Counted from the first letter of the stretch, positions 1-12,671 are shown. The stretch: DNA of 64,000 nt from Alphaproteobacteria bacterium (GCA_965232515.1 CBDDPY010000002.1:1760001-1824000), one strand, 5' to 3'. The notes: generated by a model from the letters alone, not told the origin. Made by a program: numbers and translations.

Positions 1-1
1 T

Positions 2-3000
2 GGGATCGACGGGCCGGCGCAGGGCCACTACTATGTCGACTTCCAGTCCGGCGAGCTGACGCGCTCGACAAGCGCCTACGAGCATCCGCAGCCGCACGCC
101 TGCTTCATCCAGTCGATCGACGACGACCTGGTCGGCGACGGCGGCATCATGGACCTGTGGGTGCGTGAGGCGCGGCTATTCAAGTACGGCTCGGGCACGG
201 GCAGCAACTTCTCGCGCCTGCGCGGCGAGAACGAGCCGCTATCGGGCGGCGGAAAGTCGTCCGGCCTGATGAGCTTCCTGAAGATCGGCGACAGGGCGGC
301 CGGCGCCATCAAGTCCGGCGGCACGACGCGCCGGGCGGCGAAGATGGTCGTGGTCGACATCGACCATCCGGACATCGAAGCCTTCATCAACTGGAAGGTC
401 GTCGAGGAGCAGAAGGTCGCGGCGCTGGTGACCGGCTCGAAAACGACCGCCAAGCACCTGAACGCGGTCATGGCGGCCTGCCACGCGGCCGACGGTGACG
501 ACGCCTTCGATTCGGCGAAGAACCGCGACCTGAAGCGCGCCATGGTCGGCGCACGCAAGGCGTTGGTGCCGGAGAACTACATCAAGCGCGCGGTCGACTT
601 CGCGGCCCAGGGCTATACCGGGATCGACTTCCGGACCTACGACACCGACTGGGATTCGGAGGCTTATCTGACGGTCTCGGGCCAGAACTCGAACAATTCC
701 GTCCGCGTCACCAACGACTTCCTGCGGGCGGTCGAGAGCGACGAGGATTGGCAGCTGAACGGCCGCATCAGCAACACCCACGACCGCAGCGTCAAGGCGC
801 GCGACCTGTGGGAGCAAATCGGCCACGCGGCCTGGGCCTGCGCCGATCCGGGCATGCAGTTCCACACCACGGTGAACGACTGGCACACCTGCCCCGGCGG
901 CGGCGAGATCAGGGCGTCGAATCCGTGCTCGGAATACATGTTCCTGGACGACACGGCCTGTAATCTGGCCTCGCTCAACCTGATGGCGTTCCTGCGCGAC
1001 GACGGCCAGTTCGACATCGAAGGCTTCGAGCATGCCGTGCGGCTGTGGACCGTGGTGCTGGAGATCTCGGTGCTGATGGCGCAGTTCCCCTCGCCCCGGA
1101 TCGCCCAGCTCTCCTACCAGTACCGCACGCTGGGCCTGGGCTATGCCAACATCGGCGGCCTGCTGATGGCCCAGGGCATCCCCTATGACAGCGATGCCGG
1201 CCGCGCCATGTGCGGCGCCATCAGCGCGCTGATGACCGGCGCCTCCTACGCCGCCTCGGCCGAGATGGCGAAAGAGCTGGGACCGTTTTCGGCCTATGCC
1301 GAGAACCGCACCAACATGCTCCGCGTCATGCGCAACCACCGCCAGGCGGCGCACGGCGAGGCCGGCGGTTACGAGGAGCTGGAGACCCTGCCGGTGCCGC
1401 TCGACCGCGAGAACTGCCCGCAGCAGTCGCTGGCGGACGCCGCGGCGCGGGCCTGGGACTTGGCGCTCGCCTGGGGCGAGGCCTGGGGCTTCCGCAACGC
1501 GCAGGCGACCGTGATCGCGCCGACCGGCACGATCGGCCTGGTGATGGATTGCGACACCACGGGCATCGAGCCCGACTTCGCCATCGTCAAGTTCAAGAAG
1601 CTGGCCGGCGGCGGTTACTTCAAGATCATCAACCGCATGGTGCCGCGGGCGCTACGCACGATGGGCTACACCGACAGCGAGATCGAGGAGATCGTCGATT
1701 ACGCGGTCGGCCGCGGCACGCTCGACGGCGCGCCGGGCGTCAATCACGACCTGTTGACCGAGAAGGGTTTCGAGGACGCACAGATCCAAGCCATCGAAAC
1801 CGCGCTCGCCAGCGCCTTCGACATCAAGTTCGCATTCAACAAGTGGACGTTGGGCGAAGACTTCTGCACCGATGTGCTCGGCTTCTCGGCGGCGCAACTC
1901 GACGACATGTCGTTCGACATGCTGGGCGCGCTGGGCTTCTCGAAGGCCGATGTCGATGCCGCCAACATCTTTTGCTGCGGCGCCATGACGCTTGAGGGCG
2001 CGCCGCACCTGAAGGACGCGCACCTGCCGGTCTTCGACTGCGCCAATCCCTGCGGCCGGATCGGCAAACGCTTCCTGTCGGTCGACAGCCACATTCATAT
2101 GATGGCGGCGGCGCAGCCGTTCATCTCGGGCGCGATCTCCAAGACCATCAACATGCCGAACTCGGCCAGCGTCGAGGACTGCAAGGACGCCTACATGACG
2201 TCCTGGAAGCTGGGCCTGAAGGCGAACGCGCTCTATCGCGACGGCTCCAAGCTGTCGCAGCCGTTGTCGGCGGCGCTCCTCGACGAGGAGGACCTGGAGG
2301 AAGAGGAAGACAGCCTGGCCGCGGCCGTGGCCAGCAAATCGCCGCAGGTCGTGGCCGAGCGGATCGTCGAGCGCATCATCGCCAAGCGGCGGTTCCTGCC
2401 GCAGCGCCGAAAGGGCTATACCCAGAAGGCCGTGGTCGGCGGGCACAAGGTCTATCTGCGCACCGGCGAGTTCGAGGACGGGCGTCTCGGCGAGATTTTC
2501 ATCGACATGCATAAAGAAGGCTCGGCCTTCCGCAGCCTGATGGACAGCTTCGCCATCGCCATCTCGCTGGGCTTGCAATACGGCGTGCCGTTGGAGGAAT
2601 TCGTCGAATCCTTCACCTTCACCCGCTTCGAGCCGAGCGGCATCGTCGAGGGCAACGACGCCATCAAGATGGCGACCTCGGTATTGGACTACCTGTTCCG
2701 CGAGCTGGCGGTGTCTTACCTCGGCCGGCACGACCTGGCGCATGTCGAGCCGGGCGACCTGATGCCCGACACGGTGGGCCGCGGCATCAACGACAGCAAG
2801 CCGAGCGCGGCCGAGAACGGCAACGCCATGGCGGCCGTCAACAGCCTGGCCTCGAACGGCTATATCCGCAGCCAGCTTCTGGTGCTGAACGGCGGCGGCA
2901 ACGGCGCCGGCGAGACCGGGGCCACGGCCGTCACCGCGACGGCAGGCGATGTCGAAGTGGGCGCCGTGGTGCAGGCCGGCAATGCCGCCGTCGCCATTCG

Positions 3001-3166
3001 GGCGGAAGTGGCCGAGGTCGCCTCGCCACAGATCGAAAAGATCCGCGAAGCCCGGATGAAGGGCTACGAGGGCGACGCCTGCGGCAATTGCGGCAACTTC
3101 ACGCTGGTCCGCAACGGTACGTGCATGAAGTGCGATACCTGCGGCGAGACCAGCGGTTGCAGCTGA
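2..3166 (+). CDS. nrdJ: Adenosylcobalamin-dependent (class II) ribonucleotide reductase, 5'-truncated by window edge
   Basis: Frame open from position 2 ([13 protein letters not shown]...[11 protein letters not shown]); active-site [25 protein letters not shown]; C-terminal TSCPD-like domain and CxxC..CxxC..GCS tail. Confidence 0.96.
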   Translation, partial: GIDGPAQGHYYVDFQSGELTRSTSAYEHPQPHACFIQSIDDDLVGDGGIMDLWVREARLFKYGSGTGSNFSRLRGENEPLSGGGKSSGLMSFLKIGDRAAGAIKSGGTTRRAAKMVVVDIDHPDIEAFINWKVVEEQKVAALVTGSKTTAKHLNAVMAACHAADGDDAFDSAKNRDLKRAMVGARKALVPENYIKRAVDFAAQGYTGIDFRTYDTDWDSEAYLTVSGQNSNNSVRVTNDFLRAVESDEDWQLNGRISNTHDRSVKARDLWEQIGHAAWACADPGMQFHTTVNDWHTCPGGGEIRASNPCSEYMFLDDTACNLASLNLMAFLRDDGQFDIEGFEHAVRLWTVVLEISVLMAQFPSPRIAQLSYQYRTLGLGYANIGGLLMAQGIPYDSDAGRAMCGAISALMTGASYAASAEMAKELGPFSAYAENRTNMLRVMRNHRQAAHGEAGGYEELETLPVPLDRENCPQQSLADAAARAWDLALAWGEAWGFRNAQATVIAPTGTIGLVMDCDTTGIEPDFAIVKFKKLAGGGYFKIINRMVPRALRTMGYTDSEIEEIVDYAVGRGTLDGAPGVNHDLLTEKGFEDAQIQAIETALASAFDIKFAFNKWTLGEDFCTDVLGFSAAQLDDMSFDMLGALGFSKADVDAANIFCCGAMTLEGAPHLKDAHLPVFDCANPCGRIGKRFLSVDSHIHMMAAAQPFISGAISKTINMPNSASVEDCKDAYMTSWKLGLKANALYRDGSKLSQPLSAALLDEEDLEEEEDSLAAAVASKSPQVVAERIVERIIAKRRFLPQRRKGYTQKAVVGGHKVYLRTGEFEDGRLGEIFIDMHKEGSAFRSLMDSFAIAISLGLQYGVPLEEFVESFTFTRFEPSGIVEGNDAIKMATSVLDYLFRELAVSYLGRHDLAHVEPGDLMPDTVGRGINDSKPSAAENGNAMAAVNSLASNGYIRSQLLVLNGGGNGAGETGATAVTATAGDVEVGAVVQAGNAAVAIRAEVAEVASPQIEKIREARMKGYEGDACGNCGNFTLVRNGTCMKCDTCGETSGCS

Positions 3167-3254
3167 GTTGTGTTGTGTTGCGTAGCGTACCCGTCAAGAC
3201 GGTAGTCAGGCGTTAGCTAACGCCGAGTTACGTCTTCCCTGTTGTGCGAAGCCT

Positions 3255-3287
3255 GGGGCGCGGAACCGACTCCGCGCCCCTTTTTTT
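3255..3287 (+). terminator. Rho-independent terminator after nrdJ
   Basis: GGGGCGCGGA-accgac-TCCGCGCCCC perfect 10-bp stem followed by T7. Confidence 0.9.
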
Positions 3288-3351
3288 GCCGGGGTCCGCG
3301 CCATGGCGGTCGCTTAACACCTCGTTTACGACGTTCCGGCTATGCAGAGCG

Positions 3352-4551
3352 ATGCCGGACGGCAGCCACATAGGCGGCGCACCGCCGACCGACAACCTCG
3401 CCGTGCACGTCGCGCAGGACGACGAGGAGCGGGCGCGCATCTACGCCTTCCGCTACGAGGTCCTGGTCGAGGAACTCGACATCCCGGTTGTCGATGCCGA
3501 TCACGATCGCAGGCAGGTGCGCGACGACATCGATAAGCTGGCGCTGCACCTCTATCTGACCGATCAAGGCCAGGTACAGGCCTGTTCGCGCCTGCTGCTG
3601 GCGGGCGACGGCCAACTTCCGAACCGGCTGCGGCAGGTTTACGGCCTCGAGAAGTTCGGCGCGTTCGCGCCGGCGGCTTTTTCCTTCTCGGACCGCCTCT
3701 ACGTCGCCCAGGCCTGGCGCAAGAGCCGGATGCCGGCGGTCTTGCTGGGTGCCCAATTCAAGATCGCCCGCCGCGCCAGCATACGGTTCGACTTCACGCA
3801 TTGCCGGCCGGCGCAGGTCGGCTTGTTCGAGAAGCTGGGCTACCGCAGGTATGCCGAGAATTTTCAGGATGCCGACTTTGGTCTGCAGACGCCAATGGTC
3901 CTGCTGACCGAGGATGAACGGCGTCTGGTTCGGCTGAATTCGCCCTTCACGGCCATGGCGCAGGCTTTCGGCTGCAATCCGGAAACGGCAGGCTGGTTTG
4001 CCCGAACCTTCTCTAACCGCGATGACACGAGCACCAAAAAACTACGCGACGACAAGCAGTTCTGGGCACACCTTACGAACGTACTGCATCAGACTCCGCT
4101 GGTCGGACTGCCGTTGTTGCATGGCCTCAGCTATGCCGAAGCCATGATGCTGCTGCGGCAATCGACGGTGCTGACTTGCAGCGCCGGGGATTGGCTCATG
4201 CGGGCCGGCGATCCGAGCGGCGAGATTTTCGTCCTGCTGTCCGGCACGGCCGACATCATCGTCGGCGAAGACGCCCGCCATCGGATCACCTCGTTCGGCA
4301 GCGGTGCGGTGCTCGGCGAAATCGGCACGCTCAGCAACATGCAACGAACCGCCGACGTCTTCATTACCGAAGACGCGGAAATTCTCGTGCTCGATCAGGA
4401 CGTCCTGCAACGCCTGGTCACGGGATCACCGGAGATCGCCGCCAGGGTCCTCTACAATCTGACCCTCATCCTGTGCGAGCGGTTGCACGCCACGACGGCC
4501 GGCGTCGAAGGGACTGCCCTGACCGCATCCATGAGACAGCGCTCGGGCTAG
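3352..4551 (+). CDS. GNAT-fold N-acyl amino acid synthase-like domain fused to C-terminal cyclic-nucleotide-binding domain
   Basis: N-term [12 protein letters not shown]...DDID...SR...FEKLGYRRY (FeeM/LuxI-like GNAT); C-term [13 protein letters not shown]...LGEIG...RTADV (cNMP fold). Start set at ATG 3352, downstream of the terminator. Confidence 0.75.
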   Translation: MPDGSHIGGAPPTDNLAVHVAQDDEERARIYAFRYEVLVEELDIPVVDADHDRRQVRDDIDKLALHLYLTDQGQVQACSRLLLAGDGQLPNRLRQVYGLEKFGAFAPAAFSFSDRLYVAQAWRKSRMPAVLLGAQFKIARRASIRFDFTHCRPAQVGLFEKLGYRRYAENFQDADFGLQTPMVLLTEDERRLVRLNSPFTAMAQAFGCNPETAGWFARTFSNRDDTSTKKLRDDKQFWAHLTNVLHQTPLVGLPLLHGLSYAEAMMLLRQSTVLTCSAGDWLMRAGDPSGEIFVLLSGTADIIVGEDARHRITSFGSGAVLGEIGTLSNMQRTADVFITEDAEILVLDQDVLQRLVTGSPEIAARVLYNLTLILCERLHATTAGVEGTALTASMRQRSG

Positions 4552-6338
4552 CCGCCGCCCTCAGGCTTCGGCGGCGGCGGAGCCAGGCGGATGTGCAGCT
4601 CGCGCAGCTGATGCGCCGAGACCTCGGCAGGCGCCCCCATCATCAGGTCCTGGGCCTGCTGGTTCATCGGGAACATGATGACTTCGCGGATGTTCGGCTC
4701 GTCGGCCAGCAGCATGACGATGCGGTCGATGCCAGGCGCGATGCCGCCGTGCGGCGGCGCGCCGAACTTGAGCGCGTTCAGCATGCCGCCGAAGCGCTGT
4801 TCGACCTCTTCCGCGCCGTAGCCGGCGATCTCGAAGGCCTTGTACATGATCTCCGGCTTGTGATTCCGGATCGCGCCCGACGACAGCTCGATGCCGTTGC
4901 AGACGATGTCGTACTGATAGCCCAGCACGTCGAGCGGGTCCTTGCTCTCCAGCGCCTCCAGGCCGCCCTGGGGCATCGAGAACGGGTTGTGGCTGAAATC
5001 GATGCGTCGCTCGGTCTCGGAGAACTCGTACATCGGAAAATCGACGATCCAGCAGAACCGGTATTCGCCGGTCTCGATCAGCTCAAGGTCCTGGCCCACC
5101 TTGGTGCGCGCCTTGCCGGCGAGCAGCGCCGCGCCCTCGGGCTTGTCGCAGGCGAAGAACACGCCGTCGCCGTCACCGACGTCGCAGAGTTCCTTCAGCC
5201 GCGCCAGGCGCGCCTCGTCCAGCCGGTTGGCGATCGGCCCCTTGCCCGCCCCGTCGGCGAACGAGATCCAGCCCATGCCCGGCGCGCCCTCGTCGCGCGC
5301 CCAATCGTTCATCTTGTCGAAAAAGCTGCGCGGCCGGCCCGCGGCGCCGGGCGCGGGGATCGCGCGCACGACGGCCCCGCCCTCGACCTGGCTGGCGAAG
5401 ATCTTGAAGTCCGAGCCGGCGAAGACCTCGCTGACGTCCCGGATCTCGATGGGGTTGCGCAGATCAGGTTTGTCGGTGCCGTATTTCAGCATCGCCTCGG
5501 CATAGGGAATGCGCGGAAACGGCGCATCGGTGACTTTCCAGTCGGAGAACTCGGTGAAGACGCCGTGCATCACCGGCTCGACCGCCGCGAAGACGTCGTC
5601 CTGGGTGACGAACGACATCTCGACATCGAGCTGATAGAACTCGCCGGGGCTGCGGTCGGCCCGCGCGTCCTCGTCGCGGAAACAGGGCGCGATCTGGAAG
5701 TAGCGGTCGAAGCCGGCGACCATAACCAGCTGCTTGAACTGCTGCGGCGCCTGCGGCAGGGCGTAGAACTGGCCGGGATGCAGCCGTGACGGCACCAGGA
5801 AGTCCCGCGCGCCCTCCGGCGACGAAGCCGTCAGGATCGGGGTCTGGAACTCCATGAAGCCCTGCGCTTCCATGCGCCGGCGGATGCTGGAAATCACCTT
5901 GGCCCGCAGCACGATGTTGTCGTGCAGGACCTCGCGCCGCAGATCCAGAAAACGGTACCGCAGACGCGTTTCCTCGGGATAGATCTGGTCGCCGAAGACC
6001 TGCAGCGGCAATTCGCCGGCCTCGGACAGCAGCGCGACCGCCTCGATCCGCACCTCGACCGCGCCGGTGTCGAGCGCCGGGTTGACCGTCTCTTCGCTGC
6101 GCGGCACGACACGGCCGTCGATGCGGATGACGCTTTCGGCCCGAACCCGCTCGACCTCGCCGAAGCAGGCGCTGTCGGGCTCGACGACGCATTGCGTGAC
6201 GCCAAAATGATCCCGCAGGTCGACGAACAACAGATTGCCGTGGTCGCGTTTGCGGTGCACCCAGCCGGACAGACGAACCGTCTCGCCGACATGACTCGGC
6301 CTCAGCTCGCCACAGGTGTGAGTTCGATAACTATGCAT
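4548..6338 (-). CDS. aspS: Aspartate--tRNA(Asp/Asn) ligase
   Basis: [46 protein letters not shown]; His in RDHG suggests the non-discriminating type. Confidence 0.97.
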   Translation of the reverse strand: MHSYRTHTCGELRPSHVGETVRLSGWVHRKRDHGNLLFVDLRDHFGVTQCVVEPDSACFGEVERVRAESVIRIDGRVVPRSEETVNPALDTGAVEVRIEAVALLSEAGELPLQVFGDQIYPEETRLRYRFLDLRREVLHDNIVLRAKVISSIRRRMEAQGFMEFQTPILTASSPEGARDFLVPSRLHPGQFYALPQAPQQFKQLVMVAGFDRYFQIAPCFRDEDARADRSPGEFYQLDVEMSFVTQDDVFAAVEPVMHGVFTEFSDWKVTDAPFPRIPYAEAMLKYGTDKPDLRNPIEIRDVSEVFAGSDFKIFASQVEGGAVVRAIPAPGAAGRPRSFFDKMNDWARDEGAPGMGWISFADGAGKGPIANRLDEARLARLKELCDVGDGDGVFFACDKPEGAALLAGKARTKVGQDLELIETGEYRFCWIVDFPMYEFSETERRIDFSHNPFSMPQGGLEALESKDPLDVLGYQYDIVCNGIELSSGAIRNHKPEIMYKAFEIAGYGAEEVEQRFGGMLNALKFGAPPHGGIAPGIDRIVMLLADEPNIREVIMFPMNQQAQDLMMGAPAEVSAHQLRELHIRLAPPPPKPEGGG

Positions 6339-6504
6339 GTCGGAAATACCCGTAAAGGCCGACGAGGCCGCCCGGTTCATAGAGGCGGCATGGCCCGACG
6401 TAATCGATCAGCGCGGAATTCGCGGCGCAAAGCACACCGAACCGAACGACTTGTCAAGGCCGACGTCACGCCCTCGCGACTTGGCGGCGCCGGTGCGACC
6501 GCCT

Positions 6505-7695
6505 ATGTTCATGCCGATGATATGGTTCTCCGGTCTTGGGCCTCGTTGGTTGGCGCTGACCTTCCTTCCCCTGCTCTGCGCGCCGTTGCCGGCGACGGCT
6601 GATCTGGCCGGTGTTTGGGACGTCACCGAATACGATCCCTTCATACCTGACAATGACTTCTGGGGACAATTTAAGTATCGACTTGAAATTGTTCGGGTGC
6701 CGGAAGGCTATCGCTTGACGGTGCCCCGGACCGGCGCCCGGCTGCAAGCGCCGGAGATCGACAGGGATCGACTGACCGCAATCGGGACCGAACCGGGCCG
6801 GGGCGAGCTGAGGCTGGAAATTACCTTTGCCGATAACAGCTTCGAAGGAACCCTTCACACCGAGCAGAACCGGCGGCGGGTGACCGGTACGCTGAACCCG
6901 TCGGCCCAGCTCGACCGCATCGAAGGCAGCGTCCGCGCGGCCGAAGCCCGGGCCGACAGCGCCTTCGCCGAGGCCGCCGCCGTCCGCGCGCAGCGCGATG
7001 CGCTGGAGCGCCAGGTCGCGGTGCTGTCACGCCAGATCGGCACGCTACGCGAAAGCCAGCGCGCCACGACGCGCGAGCTGGAGATCGCCCGCGAGCAGCT
7101 CGAATCGGCGCCCAAACCAGCGCCGGTCACGACCGTCGCCGCCGTCCCGAGGCCGGCCACGCCGGACGTCGGCGTCCGGGGTCCGCGAATTTCGATCATC
7201 GAGCCGCCATTCGACCCGGCCAGCGAGGGCGCGACGGCCCTCACCTACGAGCTGCCGACCACCCGTCTGATCGGCAAGGTGAGCACCGGGATGGGCCTGA
7301 TCAGCCTGCGGATCAATGGCCGGGACGTCGGTGTCGATGCCGCGGGGCTGTTCAAGGCGTCGCTCGATGTCGACACGGGCGGCACGCCCGTGCGCATCGT
7401 GGCGATCGACAATGACGGCCGTCGCACCGAACTGTCGTTCAGCCTGCTGCCCGGCACGCCCGCCGCCGGGTCCGGTCAAACGAGCCGCCAGGGCGCCGAA
7501 CGGCGCTGCTATGAGCTGGCGATCGCCGCAGCCTCACCACAACCCGGCGGCCTCGATGCCTGCCGCGCGGCGATCCGGGAAAACCCGGAGAAGGCCCTCA
7601 ATCATTATAATCTCGGGGTCGCGTTGAGCCGCGCCGGACGCCACCAGGAAGCCGTCCGTGCCTATCAGGAGGCGGCCGGCCTCTGGTCGCGCTAG
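6505..7695 (+). CDS. Hypothetical exported protein (signal peptide, coiled coil, Ig-like segment, C-terminal TPR)
   Basis: Hydrophobic leader ending PATA-D; heptad stretch; Pro-rich linker; beta-rich segment (LRINGRDV...VRIVAIDNDG); TPR ALNHYNLGVALSRAGRHQEAVRAYQEA. Start could be 6505, 6511 or 6517. Confidence 0.6.
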   Translation: MFMPMIWFSGLGPRWLALTFLPLLCAPLPATADLAGVWDVTEYDPFIPDNDFWGQFKYRLEIVRVPEGYRLTVPRTGARLQAPEIDRDRLTAIGTEPGRGELRLEITFADNSFEGTLHTEQNRRRVTGTLNPSAQLDRIEGSVRAAEARADSAFAEAAAVRAQRDALERQVAVLSRQIGTLRESQRATTRELEIAREQLESAPKPAPVTTVAAVPRPATPDVGVRGPRISIIEPPFDPASEGATALTYELPTTRLIGKVSTGMGLISLRINGRDVGVDAAGLFKASLDVDTGGTPVRIVAIDNDGRRTELSFSLLPGTPAAGSGQTSRQGAERRCYELAIAAASPQPGGLDACRAAIRENPEKALNHYNLGVALSRAGRHQEAVRAYQEAAGLWSR

Positions 7696-7764
7696 AACCC
7701 GCCGATGTCCAACCGCAAACGCCGTTCGCGACCGGCCCGCCAGCGTGGTATACAGCCTCCGCCC

Positions 7765-8946
7765 ATGCCAATCATAACGACAACGGCGGAACTCGCCGAC
7801 CTCTGCCGCAGGCTGCGTCAGGGGAACCACATCACGATCGACACCGAGTTCATCCGCGACCGGACCTACTGGCCGCGGCTATGTCTGGTGCAGGTGGCCG
7901 GCGGCGACGAGGCCCGGGTGATCGACCCGCTGGCCGACGGAATCGATCTGGCCCCACTGCTGGCGTTGCTGGAAGACCCCGACGTCATCAAGGTGTTTCA
8001 CGCCGCCCGCCAGGACGTCGAAATCTTCCATCGCCTGACCGGCAAGGTGCCGGCGCCGTTGTTCGACACCCAGATCGCCGCCATGGTCTGCGGCTTCGGC
8101 GATTCCGTCGGTTACGACAAGCTGGTCGGCGAGCTGGCCGGGGTGCGTATCGACAAGGCCTCGCAATTCACCGACTGGGCCCGCCGGCCGTTGAGCGATC
8201 GTCAGCTTCGTTACGCGTTGGACGACGTCGTGCATCTGCAGGTGATCTACGCCAAGTTGGCCGAGCAATTGGAGAAATCCGGCCGCAGCGGTTGGTTGGC
8301 CGAGGAAATGGCCATCCTGGCCGATCCGGGAACCTATGCGGTCGAGCCGGAAAACGCCTGGCGGCGCCTGAAGACCCGCAGCCGGAATCCCGAATATCTC
8401 GGCGTGATGAAGGAATTGGCGACCTGGCGTGAGACCGAGGCGCAGCGGCGGGATCTGCCCCGCAACCGCCTGTTGCGCGACGAAGCGATCTACGAGATCG
8501 CCGCCGAACGCCCGAAACAGATCGACGGTCTGAAACGACTGCGGGCCGTGCCCAAGGGCGTCGCCGACGGGCCGCTCGGCGAGCCGTTGCTGGCGGCCGT
8601 CCGGCGCGGCCGCGAACTGCCGGCCGACCAACTGCCGCAGACCGAAGCGCCGCGGCAACTGCCGCGCGGCATCGGCCCGCTCGTCGACCTGCTGAAGGTG
8701 CTGCTGAAGATGGCCTGTGAAAAACACGGCGTGGCGCAGAAGCTGATCGCCAACGTCGCCGACCTGGAACGCATCGCCGCCTTCGACGATGCCGATGTGG
8801 CGGCGTTGAAGGGTTGGCGGCGCGAGATCTTCGGCGCCGATGCGCTGGATCTGAAGCGCGGTCGTATCGCCCTTTCGGCCGCCGGCAAGCGTATCAAGGT
8901 GATCCGTATAGAACCGCCGCGGCGCGGCGCCGAGGCCGCCGACTAA
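7765..8946 (+). CDS. rnd: Ribonuclease D
   Basis: ITIDTEFIRDRTYWPRLCLVQ, FHAARQD, FDTQIAA, TDWARRPLS..QLRYALDDV; HRDC domain. Confidence 0.95.
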   Translation: MPIITTTAELADLCRRLRQGNHITIDTEFIRDRTYWPRLCLVQVAGGDEARVIDPLADGIDLAPLLALLEDPDVIKVFHAARQDVEIFHRLTGKVPAPLFDTQIAAMVCGFGDSVGYDKLVGELAGVRIDKASQFTDWARRPLSDRQLRYALDDVVHLQVIYAKLAEQLEKSGRSGWLAEEMAILADPGTYAVEPENAWRRLKTRSRNPEYLGVMKELATWRETEAQRRDLPRNRLLRDEAIYEIAAERPKQIDGLKRLRAVPKGVADGPLGEPLLAAVRRGRELPADQLPQTEAPRQLPRGIGPLVDLLKVLLKMACEKHGVAQKLIANVADLERIAAFDDADVAALKGWRREIFGADALDLKRGRIALSAAGKRIKVIRIEPPRRGAEAAD

Positions 8947-8976
8947 AGTTCCCTGCGCTGTCGGCTTCGCCGGACG

Positions 8977-10485
8977 TCAGTCGGTCTCGATCACGTAATC
9001 CCGATCGAAGGCGCGCGCCAGGGTTTCCAGACGCCGCTCGACCACGTCGCCGATCAGCTCGGCACTGCCACCGGCATCGAGGATCAGATTGTCGGCCGTC
9101 AGTCGAAGCCGCGACCGGTCCAGCAGCCCCGGCACGCCGCCCGAGAGCGTGTGGCCCAAACGCAGCGCCAAACCCACCCGACGCGCGGCCGTGGCGCCAT
9201 CCTGGTCGATAATAATCCGCGCGGGCCGCGTATAGTTGCCGCCATTGCTGCCGGTGTACCGGGCGTGCACGCTGAGCGCCAACCAGGCGCGGCTCGCATG
9301 GTCGAGGCCAACGAAAGGACCATGCAGGATATCCCGCAGCGCCGTCTCGGCCCGGTATTCCGGGTGGGCCCGCCAGGCGATATCGCTCAACACCGCCGCC
9401 GCATGCCGTAACCGCTGTTGCGCCGGCGTCTCGCCGGCGAATAGCGGATCGATCCAGCGCATCAGCTCGTCGGCATGTTCGGGGAAGCGCGCGCGCCGCT
9501 GGGCCGCGCGGCGACAGAGGTCGAGCAGCGGATCCTCGGCCCGCCGGGCCTCGGCCAGCTTGTCGAACAGCAGGCCTTCCCGCAGGCCGTAGGCCGAGAA
9601 CACGACGCGCGCCGGCTGCGCCACGCGCAACAGCCGCGACAAGATCAGCGCCGCCAGCGGCAGCGTGTCCAGCCGCTCCTTCGGCACGCCGGAGATGCGC
9701 TTCAGGCTGGTCCGGCCCAGGCCGGAGATCAGCCGGGCCAGCGTCTCCATGTCGGCGGCGGACAGCGCCAGTCCATGCAGCACCTTCAGCGGATAGCCGG
9801 TGCGCGACATATGAATACGGCCCAGCGCCCGCCAGGCGCCGCCGACGACATGCAGGTCCCCGCCGGCCACGGTCGGCAGCCAGTTCAGCCCGGCCAGTGC
9901 ATCGTCGATCAGCCGGCGCGGCTTGGTGGCGATGTTGCGCAGGCGTAAGGGTCCGATCGGCAACGTTGACGCCTGCGCCGTCGTGCCGTCCCGCAGAGCC
10001 ACAAGTTCGAGACTGCCGCCGCCCAGGTCGCCCATGATGCCCTCGGCATCGGGACAGGCGGACAGCACGCCCAGCGACGAGAACCGCGCCTCCTCGGTGC
10101 CCGACAACACACGGATGACGGCGCCCGTCTGTCGCTCGATCATGTTGACGAAGTCGTCGCCGTTCGCCGCGTCGCGAACCGCGGCCGTGGCGACGACCTC
10201 GATATCGGCGACCTGCATGGCCCGCAGCAGTTCGACAAAGCGCCGCACCGTGCGCACGGCGTGCTCTACCGCCTCGGCATCGAGCTCGCCGGTCTGATCG
10301 AGACTGCGGCCGAGGCCGCACAGCACCTTCTCGTTAAAGACCGGATAAGGCGCCCGGTACAAGCCGTCATAGACCACCAGACGAACCGAGTTCGAGCCGA
10401 CGTCGATGACCGCGACCTTGCCGTCGGCGGGGGTCTCCGAGACGATCAGACTACTGGGCTCGATAGGCTTGGCGGAGACCGTCAC
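8977..10485 (-). CDS. ppx: Exopolyphosphatase Ppx/GppA
   Basis: [33 protein letters not shown]; GTG start overlaps ppk1 stop (GTGA). Confidence 0.93.
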   Translation of the reverse strand: MTVSAKPIEPSSLIVSETPADGKVAVIDVGSNSVRLVVYDGLYRAPYPVFNEKVLCGLGRSLDQTGELDAEAVEHAVRTVRRFVELLRAMQVADIEVVATAAVRDAANGDDFVNMIERQTGAVIRVLSGTEEARFSSLGVLSACPDAEGIMGDLGGGSLELVALRDGTTAQASTLPIGPLRLRNIATKPRRLIDDALAGLNWLPTVAGGDLHVVGGAWRALGRIHMSRTGYPLKVLHGLALSAADMETLARLISGLGRTSLKRISGVPKERLDTLPLAALILSRLLRVAQPARVVFSAYGLREGLLFDKLAEARRAEDPLLDLCRRAAQRRARFPEHADELMRWIDPLFAGETPAQQRLRHAAAVLSDIAWRAHPEYRAETALRDILHGPFVGLDHASRAWLALSVHARYTGSNGGNYTRPARIIIDQDGATAARRVGLALRLGHTLSGGVPGLLDRSRLRLTADNLILDAGGSAELIGDVVERRLETLARAFDRDYVIETD

Positions 10486-12671
10486 GAGGGCTTCAGCACC
10501 AGTTTGGGTGAACAATCGGGTTTGAGCGACCGGCCGCGTCCGGACAGGCTCGGATTCGTCATGAAGTAGTGGTGCGCGCTGAATCCGCCCCCTTCGGCCG
10601 GTACGACGCGCTCATAGCAGCCGTTCGGCAGCAGCGTCCAGCTTTGGGCTTCGTCCATGATATTCGCGGCCATGATCTGGTCCAGAACCTGATCATGTAC
10701 CGTGGGGTTCTCTATCGGCACAAGCGTTTCGACGCGCCGGTCGAAGTTTCGCGGCATCCAGTCGGCCGACGAGATGAATACCCTGGCGTTGTCGGACGGC
10801 AGCCCATGGCCGGCGCCGAAACAGACGATCCGGCTGTGCTCGAGAAAACGGCCCACGATGCTCTTGACCCGGATGTTCTCGGACAGATTCTCGACGCCCG
10901 GCCGCAGGCAGCAGATGCCGCGTACGATCAGGTCGATGGACACGCCGGCGGCGCTGGCGCGGTAGAGCGCGTCGATCGTCTCGGCATCGACCAGCGAGTT
11001 CATCTTGACCCAGATCGCGCCCGGACGGCCGGCCTCGACATGGGCGATCTCTTCGTCGATCAGCTCGATGATGTGCTTGCGGATGCCGACCGGCGAGTTC
11101 ACCAGCTTGTCGAGCCCGTCCGGCTCGGCATAGCCGGTGGTGAAGTTCAGCAATCGCGCCGCGTCCCGTCCCAGGACCGGATCGGCGGTGAAGAACGACA
11201 AGTCGGTATAGATCTTCGCGGTAACCGGATGGTAGTTGCCGGTGCCGAAATGCACGTAAGTGCGGGCGCCCTCGTCTTCGCGGCGCACGACCAGGCTGAT
11301 CTTGGCGTGCGTCTTCAGGTCGATGAAGCCATAGACGACGTGCACGCCGGCGCGCTCCAGATCGCCGGCCCATTTGATATTCGCCTCTTCGTCGAAACGC
11401 GCCTTCAGCTCGACCAGCGCCGTCACCGACTTGCCGGCCTCGGCGGCGTTGATCAGCGCCTTGACGATCGGCGAATCGTCCGACGTTCGATAGAGCGTCT
11501 GCTTGATCGCGATCACGCGCGGGTCGGCGGCGGCCTGGGCCACGAACTGTACGACGACGTCGAAGCTCTCGTAGGGATGATGGACGATGATGTCCTTCTG
11601 CCGAATCGCCGCGAAGCAGTCGCCGCCGAAGTCGCGGATGCGTTCGGGAAAGCGCGGATTGTAGGGCGTGAACTTCAGCTCCGGCCGGTCGTCGACAATC
11701 AACTGTTTGGTATCGGCGACGCCCAGAATGCCTTCGATGACGAACATGTCGCTGTCGTGCACGCCCAGCTCGTTGCCGACCACGCGGCGCAGATCCGGCG
11801 GCATTTCCGAATCGACCATCATCGAAATCACATTGCCTCTGCGACGTCGCTTCAGCGCCGTTTGGAAGTAGCGGACAAGGTCCTCGGCTTCTTCCTCGAT
11901 CTCGATGTCGCTGTCGCGAATGACCCGGAACATGCCGCGACCGGTCAGTTCGTAACCGGGAAACAGCTCGCCCAGGAACAGCTCGACAAGGTTCTCCAAG
12001 CTCAGGAAACGGATGCCGTCGCCGGGAAGACGGACGAAGCGGTCGACCTGGTTCGGCAACGGCACCAGCGCGATCATCGACCGGCCGTCAGATTCGCGCA
12101 GCAGCTGCAGCACCATGACGAAGCCGAGATTGGGTATGAACGGAAACGGATGCGCCGGGTCGATGGCAAGCGGCGTCAGCACCGGAAAGACATCTTCCAG
12201 GAAATAGTTGGCCAGCCATTTGCGGTCGGCGCCGTCCAGCTCCGACAGGCCCACGACGGCGATGTCGTTGCCGCGCAGCTCGTCCTGCAGCACCCGCCAG
12301 CAGCGGCCCTGGTTGGCGATCAGCTCGGCCGATACTTCGTTGATCGCGGCGATCTGCTGTGCCGGCGTCAGACCGTCATTGCTGACCTCGTCGATGCCCT
12401 CATGCACCTGGCCGTGCAGCCCGGCGACACGGACCATGAAGAACTCGTCCAGGTTCGCCGCCGAGATCGACAGGAAACGCAGCCGCTCCAGCAACGGATG
12501 ATTGGGATTGAACGCTTCTTCCAGCACACGAATGTTGAACGCCAGCCACGACAATTCCCGATTGATGTAACGGGTTTCGCGGCTGTATTCGGCGATCGGT
12601 TTCGACGGCCCGATATTGGGGGTCGGTACGACCGCCGTTTCAGCTTGCGTCTTGCTTCGTGCGCGCGCCAC
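10482..12671 (-). CDS. ppk1: Polyphosphate kinase 1
   Basis: [45 protein letters not shown]; GTG at 12671 with AGGAGG RBS (the track's longer ORF is over-extended). Confidence 0.96.
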   Translation of the reverse strand: MARARSKTQAETAVVPTPNIGPSKPIAEYSRETRYINRELSWLAFNIRVLEEAFNPNHPLLERLRFLSISAANLDEFFMVRVAGLHGQVHEGIDEVSNDGLTPAQQIAAINEVSAELIANQGRCWRVLQDELRGNDIAVVGLSELDGADRKWLANYFLEDVFPVLTPLAIDPAHPFPFIPNLGFVMVLQLLRESDGRSMIALVPLPNQVDRFVRLPGDGIRFLSLENLVELFLGELFPGYELTGRGMFRVIRDSDIEIEEEAEDLVRYFQTALKRRRRGNVISMMVDSEMPPDLRRVVGNELGVHDSDMFVIEGILGVADTKQLIVDDRPELKFTPYNPRFPERIRDFGGDCFAAIRQKDIIVHHPYESFDVVVQFVAQAAADPRVIAIKQTLYRTSDDSPIVKALINAAEAGKSVTALVELKARFDEEANIKWAGDLERAGVHVVYGFIDLKTHAKISLVVRREDEGARTYVHFGTGNYHPVTAKIYTDLSFFTADPVLGRDAARLLNFTTGYAEPDGLDKLVNSPVGIRKHIIELIDEEIAHVEAGRPGAIWVKMNSLVDAETIDALYRASAAGVSIDLIVRGICCLRPGVENLSENIRVKSIVGRFLEHSRIVCFGAGHGLPSDNARVFISSADWMPRNFDRRVETLVPIENPTVHDQVLDQIMAANIMDEAQSWTLLPNGCYERVVPAEGGGFSAHHYFMTNPSLSGRGRSLKPDCSPKLVLKPS

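Noticed and set aside
2-3166. Intein or intron in nrdJ (also checked dnaB)
   Set aside because: Conserved motifs are contiguous; no splice-junction or LAGLIDADG motifs seen
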